From contig NZ_CP159837.1 in NCBI RefSeq assembly GCF_040564635.1, forward strand, positions 163,801 to 227,800: a DNA stretch of 64,000 bases. Direction: 5' to 3'. The DNA comes from Planktothricoides raciborskii GIHE-MW2 (lineage in GTDB: Bacteria; Cyanobacteriota; Cyanobacteriia; Cyanobacteriales; Laspinemataceae). This document shows positions 54,155 through 62,029 of this stretch, one piece after another. The position numbers and the translations under genes are program-made. Under the pieces are notes generated by a model, which saw nothing but the letters and a program-made list of their open reading frames with translations, had not been told where the DNA came from and did no database searches. The number at the start of each line of letters is the position of its first letter. Within the stretch, counting starts at the first letter, position 1.

Positions 54155-56437
54155 TTAGCGGCGGAAATAATAACTAATACTGGTTATAAAAATAGTCCCT
54201 AATACCAGAATCCCGATCGCCCCTGAGTACGGAGGAAATAGCATTGAGGTTGATGGTGGCTTTTCTGGGCTTACTTCTATGCTTAAGTTAATCGCTTTAA
54301 ATGTATTACCGTCGAGACTGACAGAGATAGTTTGATTTTCCGGGGAATTAGCTTGATTTATCTGGCAATTAGCCGTGGTTTCACCCTTATTTTCGATTAA
54401 AGTAACGCAATTAACCGACTGATTAGCATTTCCAACTTTCAAGCGGAAAGTCTCTGGTAAAATTCGGCCTAATGGCAAGTTAACTAGAGTTATTTTATCC
54501 GGTATTTGGGGGTTAAAAATAGCTTTAAGTTTTGCTAAGTCTGGTTCGGTAATTAAGGCACCAGGAAGGAAGTAATTAGCGCCGACAATGGGATTTGCGG
54601 CATCACTTATTTGTACCGAAGCCTGAGTAAATGGCAGAAAAACCTCCCCAGAATCAAGTACGGGCAAAAACTTGCTGGGCAGAGATTTTACCCTAGGCAA
54701 TTTAGCATCTATTGGGGCAAAATTATTTTCTACTCGGTTTAAAAATAAGTTATATTCTACGGTTGTGCCATCAGGAATTTTCGGCTTAGATGTGGTGACT
54801 AATTCATGTTTTACCGCCAGGTTATTTCGCACAATAGTTCCCGCGTGCGATCGCCCATCCGCATCAAATAGGAGAATGCTATTATCTAATGTATTATTAG
54901 AGACATCAATCTGGGCATTTCCATAATTAGGGTTACCAGGGGTTAAACCCCAAATGGCGATACTATTTCTAGTGGAAGTATTAAAAACAATATTATCATG
55001 GATTTTATAATTAGAATTACCCAACGGACTGCCCCCGGAATCTAAACGAATTCCTGCCCCCCCATTATGTTGGGTATTATCCAAATAAGCCCAAACATCG
55101 TGGACTAGGTTATAGGCAATTTCTGTCCCTTCTGCGTCTCCCCCATTCCAACTATTAATCCCCGCTGTATCGGTTTTTTGCCGACCGATATTCCAAACAT
55201 GATTATAGATAATCTGAGAATTTTTCAACGTTGCCGAAATACCGACGCCACCGCTGTTAAAAACCGTATTATTGCTAAATAAAATATCCCTGGCATCGCC
55301 ATAAAATTGAATGCCATCAGAAATAGCAGAGTTATAACCACTGTCGTGAAAAACGTTATTATAGATTTTATGGTTTTTGCCTCGGACTTGTAATGCTTCT
55401 GCGGCGGTTTTGCCCACCTGTGAGTTAATTAGTTTATGGTTATTTCCCTCAATTTTAATTGCTGGGTAAACTCTGCCAAAACCGTGACCATGACCGGCAT
55501 ATTGCGAAGTAATTACCTCTAAGATATTATAGTAACTGTTGGCATTCATGGTAATCGAACCGCCAAAAAAATCGATATTTTTGATATGGATATGAGAGCG
55601 ATCGCCTAGTTGAAAAATTTCTGCCTTATTCTTTAATTCAATAGTGTGATTTTCTATAGTCCCCCCAGGGGGTTTAAAATATAAAGTATAGGGTTCTCCC
55701 TGAGTGCCTTTGGTATCAAAAAACCATTCTTGTTCGGCATCCAAGGCTTGGTAGTTTCCCCAGATATAAAAAGGATCGTCACCAGAGGGTTGATGATAAT
55801 TTAGCCAGGACATGGGAAAATCAAATTCAAACTCTACTCGTCCCGGAGTTGATTGGGTAATAGTTCCCACATTTCCCCACCATTCGTGACCGGGGATAAA
55901 GCTAATATAAGCATCATTCCAAAAGCCGGAAGCAAATTGTTTTAATTCCGAGGATTTATAATAAGCTGATGCTTCATAATGATCTTTTTTTGTAGAGGCG
56001 ATCGCCTCTCCCAGAAAATTACCCCCAGAAGAAATAATATGGCGATCGCGGGTTAAATCAACAGCGCGGTTAATATTAGGCCAACGCGCTTCAATCATCA
56101 TTAAATCATCAAAAAATAGTTGATTTTGACCAACCCCTAAATCCCAACTTGCATCTAACTTTATTTTATAAATCCCATTTTCATGTTCTTGCCATTGCCC
56201 TTCCAGCTTTCTTGCAGCGGAAATCACCACTTTTTCGCCGTTGTAAGCTTGAAAAATAATTGGTGCATTGGGCAAACCGGAATTTTTGGGTTGCACCAAT
56301 TCTCGATAGATCCCTTTTCTAATGAAACAAGTATCTCCCGGTTTAGCAACATCAGCGCATTTTTGGATAGTTTGAAACGGTTGTGCGATGGAACCAGGGT
56401 TATTATTATTCCCATCAGGGGATACAAAATATGTTTT
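54155..56437 (-). CDS. Right-handed parallel beta-helix repeat protein (pectate-lyase-like fold) with a C-terminal TM plus basic tail (PEP-CTERM-like)
   Basis: N-terminal YFVSPDGNNNNPGSIAQPFQTIQKCADVAKPGDTCFIRKGIYRE is typical of beta-helix proteins, followed by many NN/IxN-rich beta-helix rungs. The C-terminus SPEKPPSTSMLFPPYSGAIGILVLGTIFITSISYYFRR is TM-plus-basic. Start placed at MKTYFVSP (56437). Confidence 0.65.
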   Translation of the reverse strand, partial: KTYFVSPDGNNNNPGSIAQPFQTIQKCADVAKPGDTCFIRKGIYRELVQPKNSGLPNAPIIFQAYNGEKVVISAARKLEGQWQEHENGIYKIKLDASWDLGVGQNQLFFDDLMMIEARWPNINRAVDLTRDRHIISSGGNFLGEAIASTKKDHYEASAYYKSSELKQFASGFWNDAYISFIPGHEWWGNVGTITQSTPGRVEFEFDFPMSWLNYHQPSGDDPFYIWGNYQALDAEQEWFFDTKGTQGEPYTLYFKPPGGTIENHTIELKNKAEIFQLGDRSHIHIKNIDFFGGSITMNANSYYNILEVITSQYAGHGHGFGRVYPAIKIEGNNHKLINSQVGKTAAEALQVRGKNHKIYNNVFHDSGYNSAISDGIQFYGDARDILFSNNTVFNSGGVGISATLKNSQIIYNHVWNIGRQKTDTAGINSWNGGDAEGTEIAYNLVHDVWAYLDNTQHNGGAGIRLDSGGSPLGNSNYKIHDNIVFNTSTRNSIAIWGLTPGNPNYGNAQIDVSNNTLDNSILLFDADGRSHAGTIVRNNLAVKHELVTTSKPKIPDGTTVEYNLFLNRVENNFAPIDAKLPRVKSLPSKFLPVLDSGEVFLPFTQASVQISDAANPIVGANYFLPGALITEPDLAKLKAIFNPQIPDKITLVNLPLGRILPETFRLKVGNANQSVNCVTLIENKGETTANCQINQANSPENQTISVSLDGNTFKAINLSIEVSPEKPPSTSMLFPPYSGAIGILVLGTIFITSISYYFRR

Positions 56438-56499
56438 CATTGCTTCTATCAGAGAATTATGGGCATATTTTACCACAAAGACACAAAGGGACACAAAGG

Positions 56500-56930
56500 A
56501 ATTGACTTGTAGGGGCGAAGCATTCGGGCAGTTAATTCTCGGTTTTCACCGTTAACATAATTACCCGAATGCTTCGCCCTTATTCGGGCAGTTAATTCTC
56601 GGTTTTCACCGTTAACGTAATTACCCGAATGCTTCGCCCTGATCGGCAAAACGTAGCAAAATGTAGGGTGTGTTAGGCTGGCAACTAATTTTGACATAAA
56701 CAATTAACCTCTATTCCAGCCGTAACGCACCATGCGGAGGGTGTGGGGCCGCCATCGGTGTTGGGACACAGGGGCAGAGGAGCAGGAAACGAAACGAGAA
56801 TAATTAACAAACAACAATCAACAAACAACAAACAACAAACAACAAACAACAAACAACCAGCAACAATCAACAATCAACAATCAACCACCAAATCGCTTTT
56901 ATGCCAAAATCATCGCCGCGTCTAACCCAC
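56500..56930. repeat. Cluster of hairpin elements (GGGCGAAGCATTCGGGCAGTTAATTCTCGGTTTTCACCGTTAACATAATTACCCGAATGCTTCGCCC x2), (AACAAAC)n, and the TATGCCAAAATCATCGCCGCGTCT element
   Basis: Seen directly. Confidence 0.85.
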
Positions 56931-56931
56931 C

Positions 56932-57537
56932 CTACGAAGGCTGCTGAGTTGCGTTTTTATCGCCACTGGGCTTAAGTATCTGTGCTGGATTTGCCAGAAC
57001 CAGGACTACATTAGATGAATCGTTGTATTGTGGGTGATCTTTATCAAAAATTTTGACCGCAGCATTGTACGCTCGCTCGGACAAAACTGGTGACTGGTGA
57101 GCAAGAGATGTAAAAGTCTTACTAATTTCTTCTAACTCCTCTAATGCTTGTTTCCTAGTAACATCCCCAGCCTCAAGACACAAACAAAGTACATCTATTT
57201 TCCGTCTTAGACTTCCATAGTCTGCTCCAGCATCATGGTGTTCTTTAGCTTTCTCAGCAAATTTTGAACCGCCTTGAAGAGCACTTGATACCGCCGCTAA
57301 AATCGAGGCAATACTAAGCACAATTCGGTTCTTTTGCGGCAAATCGGCAAAAATTGAAGTACCCACCACTGCACTAAGTGCTGCGGCGATCAAAGTCAAC
57401 CCATAATGCCACCGTTCATTAACAGTAGCGGCTCTATAGTGACCTAACTGTATGCGTCCTGCACCTTTGCCATGCTTTTTAGCTCGTTTAATCAGATCAT
57501 CAATTTTTTCTACCATAATTTGTTCTACCTTTACCAT
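56932..57537 (-). CDS. SLATT-domain two-TM protein (SMODS/SLOG-associating 2TM effector-type domain)
   Basis: Two adjacent TM helices (WHYGLTLIAAALSAVVGTSIF and IVLSIASILAAVSSALQ) are followed by HHDAGADYGSLRRKIDVL...ALEELEEISKTFTSLAHQSPVLSERAYNAAVK. This matches the characteristic SLATT core (H.AG..Y..LR ... L.+LS.Q.P..S..A...A). Start placed at MVKVEQIM. Confidence 0.5.
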   Translation of the reverse strand: MVKVEQIMVEKIDDLIKRAKKHGKGAGRIQLGHYRAATVNERWHYGLTLIAAALSAVVGTSIFADLPQKNRIVLSIASILAAVSSALQGGSKFAEKAKEHHDAGADYGSLRRKIDVLCLCLEAGDVTRKQALEELEEISKTFTSLAHQSPVLSERAYNAAVKIFDKDHPQYNDSSNVVLVLANPAQILKPSGDKNATQQPS

Positions 57538-58407
57538 TTTTGTAGGTGTTGTAGATACATACTGATAAGTAGAATTGTTGGAATAGGGGAGGACAAGCAT
57601 TGCCCTCCCCTATGGGTCAGTCAGAAAGCGATCGCCTATTCTACGCCTATTTTGCGATCGCCGTTGCCATTCGGTGTCGATTTGAAAGTAAAGTTACCTT
57701 TGAAGCGTTCCTCCTACGCTTTACAGGACTGTTTGTAGCGATCGACACCAATGGCTCGTTCAACTTCACAACTTTGTCAGCTATCCTCACTCAAGTTGTA
57801 ATGATGTTCCAGAGATGTTCCTGCCGTGCTAGATCGCGGACTTCAGGGGTGCGGATGGAGGTGGATGTATCAGTTAGAATGCACTTGACCTGCCACATCC
57901 CAGGTGAGAGTGTAGTTTTGAAATCGGCCTCAACTTGAGTTGATAAGGAAGTGAGTTTTTGAATTAGATATTTGTCATCCACGACGTTTTCCTACAATTG
58001 AAATTTCTCCTGTTTGGTAATGCTTTTGAAAAACCCTAAAAAAACTTGACTTCTTCAGGCTTGAATTCGTGTTAAACCTGCTAGTTTTATTGGAATTTAC
58101 ATGAGGGATAAAGGCTTGAATATTGCCAAGTTTTATGATTCAATCTTTACCTAAATTAGATCCAGTGAAAATACGACAATCTCCGTATCCCTCTTTTGTC
58201 AACTTTGCCAGAAAATAATCTGGTATGCTTGCAACATAACACTGTTCTCAAAAATCTTGATGTCAGCCATTCGGGCGAGAAAATAAACGCGCAAATGATC
58301 GCTCTATCGACAGTTGAACATTTTGCCCTGATTTTTCTTGTTCCAGAGTGAAATAAGAGGGATAAGGTAAAGATTCCTGGGAAAAAAACCTGGTTTCTAT
58401 GTAAGTC

Positions 58408-61128
58408 CTACCTTAGTTGCGCGAGGGGCTGAGGTTGTGGAAGTCTTAGCGAGATCGCGGCCTTAGCGAGTTCCATGCGACCGTCACCGCTAAAATCGCC
58501 GCTAAAGAAGCGAATGGCATCGCGTGTGAGGGACCCAAACCCAACGGTATTGCCCGCAAACCCCCAGTTGAGACGCTGGCCATCGCTGCGACCGAGCCAC
58601 CAGTTGCCGTCGCTGGCGCAGTAGAACAGCACGTCGGTGCGACCGTCACCACTAAAGTCGCCGCTAAAAAACCGAATCTCATCGCGTGTGAGGTTGCCAA
58701 ACCCAGCGGTATTGCCGGCAAACCCCCAGTTGAGACGCTGGCCGTCGCTGCGACCGAGCCACCAGTTGCCGTCGCTGGCGCAGTAGAACAGCACGTCGGT
58801 GCGACCGTCACCACTAAAGTCGCCGCTAAAAAACCGAATCTCATCGCGTGTGAGGGACCCAAACCCAACGGTATTGCCCGCAAACCCCCAGTTCAGACGC
58901 TGGCCGTCGCTGCGACCGAGCCACCAGTTGCCGTCGCTGGCGCAGTAGAACAGCACGTCGGTGCGACCGTCACCACTAAAGTCGCCGCTAAAAAACCGAA
59001 TCTCATCGCGTGTGAGGTTGCCAAACCCAGCGGTATTGCCGGCAAACCCCCAGTTGAGACGCTGGCCGTCGCTGCGACCGAGCCACCAGTTGCCGTCGCT
59101 GGCGCAGTAGAACAGCACGTCGGTGCGACCGTTACCACTAAATTCGCCGGTAAAGAAGCGAATTCCATCGCGTGTGAGGTTGCCAAACCCAGCGGTATTG
59201 CCGGCAAACCCCCAGTTCAGACGCTGGCCGTCGCTGCGACCGAGCCACCAGTTGCCGTCGCTGGCGCAGTAGAACAGCACGTCGGTGCGACCGTCACCAC
59301 TAAATTCGCCGGTAAAGAAGCGAATTCCATCGCGTGTGAGGTTGCCAAACCCAGCGGTATTGCCGGCAAAACCCCAGTTCAGACGCTGGCCGTCGCTGCG
59401 ACCGAGCCACCAGTTGCTGTCGCTGGCGCAGTAGAACAGCACGTCGGTGCGATCGTCACCACTAAAGTCGCCGCTAAAAAACCGAATCTCATCGCGTGTG
59501 AGGTTGCCAAACCCAGCGGTATTGCCCGCAAACCACCAGTTGAGATACTGGCCGTCGCTGCGACCGAGCCACCAGTTGCTGTCGCTGGCGCAGTAGAACA
59601 GCACGTCGGTGCGATCGTCACCACTAAAGTCGTCGCTAAGGAAAGTCATGGTGGAACCAGATGCAGAAATTTGGGCGATCTTCAAACCAGAGTTGCTACC
59701 GTCCCACCATTTGCTGCTGGGACTTGTGGTATCAGAGAACTCAGTCTTATACGGGGCAAGGAACAGATCTGTGCTATCGCCCCCATTAACACCTTTCTCC
59801 AGATCGAAGCGGTTATCGGCCTGTTCCAAAGAACATTCGTAGTGTTCGCTGGGAGTCATCTGTTCATTGTTATTGCTCCCCTGTTCGTCAACGTGCCAGA
59901 TAGCCAGTCCCGCATGAGGTAACGAAGTATCTCGACCTGTCTTTTGCCGGTTCTCGATGATGAAATACTCCGTCGCGTTTTTGGCATAGACGTAAAAGTC
60001 ATTGTTGGCAGCAGAGAGGCTCGCCGTCATACCTGGAGTTATGGACACCACCTTTGTCGCCCAGCCCGCCTCATTTTTTAAGTAGGCACAGACTTGCACT
60101 GGGTTTTTATCATCTCCGCCATAAGCCATGAGGCAATAATTACCTACTCCATAAGATTCGTAGCCATAATCGTAGAAATCAGGAAAATCGCAGATCATGT
60201 GGCCATTTTCATGACAGAAGGTTCCCAAAGTCAGTTCACTACCGATATTGGTGATTTGGTAGTCATACAACTTCTTCCCTCCGACATCGTAGGGTGAAGC
60301 TAAACTCCAGGAGTGTGGCCAAAGCCCTTTAGCCCAATTATTAACCCTCTGTCCGACGTAAAACACGTTCAAGGCATAGACATAGCCGCTACTGTCGCTG
60401 GTAAGCTGACTGAAGTTAAAACCTTGGGATTTGAGGTAATTGAGTGCTTCAACGATCAGTTCCCTGGCTCGAATACCATAGGAAATCGTCTCGTCGGTGT
60501 AGTATGAGCGGTTATGGGCAGCCGTATAATATTGGGTCACGACATTGGTGTAAGTTAATTTACCCCGCGAATTGTCGTAGAAATAATCGCGTACTGACCC
60601 ATTATTTCCAAACCCGTTGTAGCCCGGTAGGTTACAGAAGTTGCTTACCTCTTGCTGGGAAATGGTTGCGGAAACGTCGGGGAACTTGATCAAGATACAT
60701 AACCCGACATAGTTACCAGTGGTGACAGTTGCGAGTGGCAACGCATCAGGCCCCGTCGTCGGCATTATTCCCCGTAACTGAGCCTTTTTTTGCCGACGAC
60801 GGACTTGCCAGCGGCTTGCCTCTCCTTGCTGCATAGGTGCGCTCAGAGCTTTTTGTTTGGCACTATCCCGTCGGATGCGGATGTGTGGCTGAAGCCCTAA
60901 GCTTTGTGGGTCTAGCTCACCCACTTTGGCATCCGTTGGCAAAAGCTCATTTTTGTCATCGGAAAGCTGCGCGTACTTGTAGAAACCCGTGTCAGGGTCT
61001 TTAACCACGGTAAAACCATCAAGGGTTTCAAAGACCGCGTAATACTGGTTACCCGAACCCCTGACTTGGATGGTGCTGCCGTCGGGATTGGTAAAAGTAA
61101 ATTCCTCGTTATTGAATGGCGTAGGCAT
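58408..61128 (-). CDS. M6-family (InhA-like) zinc metalloprotease domain followed by 9 near-identical FG-GAP-like repeats
   Basis: Zincin motif CHENGHMICDFPDFYDYG. N-terminal InhA-like region. C-terminal 42-aa units FFSGDFSGDGRTDVLFYCASDGNWWLGRSDGQRLNWGFAGNTAGFGNLTRDEIR are repeated. Confidence 0.75.
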   Translation of the reverse strand: MPTPFNNEEFTFTNPDGSTIQVRGSGNQYYAVFETLDGFTVVKDPDTGFYKYAQLSDDKNELLPTDAKVGELDPQSLGLQPHIRIRRDSAKQKALSAPMQQGEASRWQVRRRQKKAQLRGIMPTTGPDALPLATVTTGNYVGLCILIKFPDVSATISQQEVSNFCNLPGYNGFGNNGSVRDYFYDNSRGKLTYTNVVTQYYTAAHNRSYYTDETISYGIRARELIVEALNYLKSQGFNFSQLTSDSSGYVYALNVFYVGQRVNNWAKGLWPHSWSLASPYDVGGKKLYDYQITNIGSELTLGTFCHENGHMICDFPDFYDYGYESYGVGNYCLMAYGGDDKNPVQVCAYLKNEAGWATKVVSITPGMTASLSAANNDFYVYAKNATEYFIIENRQKTGRDTSLPHAGLAIWHVDEQGSNNNEQMTPSEHYECSLEQADNRFDLEKGVNGGDSTDLFLAPYKTEFSDTTSPSSKWWDGSNSGLKIAQISASGSTMTFLSDDFSGDDRTDVLFYCASDSNWWLGRSDGQYLNWWFAGNTAGFGNLTRDEIRFFSGDFSGDDRTDVLFYCASDSNWWLGRSDGQRLNWGFAGNTAGFGNLTRDGIRFFTGEFSGDGRTDVLFYCASDGNWWLGRSDGQRLNWGFAGNTAGFGNLTRDGIRFFTGEFSGNGRTDVLFYCASDGNWWLGRSDGQRLNWGFAGNTAGFGNLTRDEIRFFSGDFSGDGRTDVLFYCASDGNWWLGRSDGQRLNWGFAGNTVGFGSLTRDEIRFFSGDFSGDGRTDVLFYCASDGNWWLGRSDGQRLNWGFAGNTAGFGNLTRDEIRFFSGDFSGDGRTDVLFYCASDGNWWLGRSDGQRLNWGFAGNTVGFGSLTRDAIRFFSGDFSGDGRMELAKAAISLRLPQPQPLAQLR
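58440..59640. repeat. 126-bp tandem DNA repeats (about 9.5 copies, above 95 percent identical) encoding the FG-GAP array
   Basis: Seen directly. Confidence 0.9.
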
Positions 61129-61306
61129 AGATTATGTTCTCCTTCGGACAAACATTTTTGATCCATCAATGAGAAGTAATGTTAAACAGTTTGTCTAAGC
61201 AGCTTTTCAAAAGCTGGATGACCGCCTTTGATCTAATTCTGCCCAAAATAAACTGGGGAGGCAATACGACGATCTGCGTATAGGATTATGAAGATATTGC
61301 AACAAA

Positions 61307-62020
61307 CTACCCTTTGATCAGCCCCAACTTTTCCAGTGCCACCATCACAGCACCCGTTCGAGTTTGCACACCCAACTTTGCGTAAAGATGCTCCAAATGT
61401 TTTCGCACCGTTCCCTCAGTGCAACCCAGCACTCTAGCAATTGAGGCATTGCTTTTATCCTTGGCAATCCAAAACAGTACCTCCGCCTCGCGTTTGGTGA
61501 GTCCTAGCAATTCCAGAGCCGAAATCGAGAAGGATGGCAGTTCTCGTTCTTCCACGAGGATAAGATACTGCTCCCTGATCGGGTGGGGAATCAGACGGAC
61601 GCTCAACTGTCGTCCTGCTTGCTCCATCTGCAAGGGTAAACAGGAGGATACATTTTCATTGAATGTGAGTTGTGCAATCTGATGCTTGAACCAATGGTGT
61701 AAGGGTTCTGGCAATGAGTGTGGGCCACGCGCTAAAAAATACTGGCTTAACAGTTTTTCTGCCCGTTGAGTCATGAACTGCACCTGCTCATCGATCACCA
61801 CAATAATTGCCCCCATACGATCCAAGATTTGCTTGAATTGTGTTAGGGTGTGCTGATTTTGGCTGAATGCATGGTTATTCTCCTCTGCCTGCATCAGGTG
61901 GGGGTGCAGGCGGTTCTCTACGCCGCGATCGCCTTCTGGGAAATTCATTCGGGCGAACGACTTAGCCGTCGCCGCGCCAAGAGCTTCGCGACTCAAGGAA
62001 ATCCCTTGATTTGTTACCAT
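61307..62020 (-). CDS. LuxR-family transcriptional regulator with an N-terminal domain of unknown function
   Basis: C-terminal HTH LTKREAEVLFWIAKDKSNASIARVLGCTEGTVRKHLEHLYAKLGV (GerE/LuxR signature). Confidence 0.75.
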   Translation of the reverse strand: MVTNQGISLSREALGAATAKSFARMNFPEGDRGVENRLHPHLMQAEENNHAFSQNQHTLTQFKQILDRMGAIIVVIDEQVQFMTQRAEKLLSQYFLARGPHSLPEPLHHWFKHQIAQLTFNENVSSCLPLQMEQAGRQLSVRLIPHPIREQYLILVEERELPSFSISALELLGLTKREAEVLFWIAKDKSNASIARVLGCTEGTVRKHLEHLYAKLGVQTRTGAVMVALEKLGLIKG

Positions 62021-62029
62021 AAATTCCTT

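Noticed and set aside
57600-57982. ORFs 57600-57938 (+) and 57791-57982 (-) in the gap between the SLATT and M6 genes
   Set aside because: Neither has a recognisable fold, and they overlap each other. The minus-strand frames on either side of the TGA at 57788-57790 are uninformative. The interval is flagged as possibly decayed but no gene is called.
58446-59624. Antisense ORFs (81-145 aa) within the FG-GAP repeat region
   Set aside because: They repeat with the same 126-bp period as the sense-strand gene and give Ala/Thr-rich low-complexity products, so they are artefacts of the tandem repeats.
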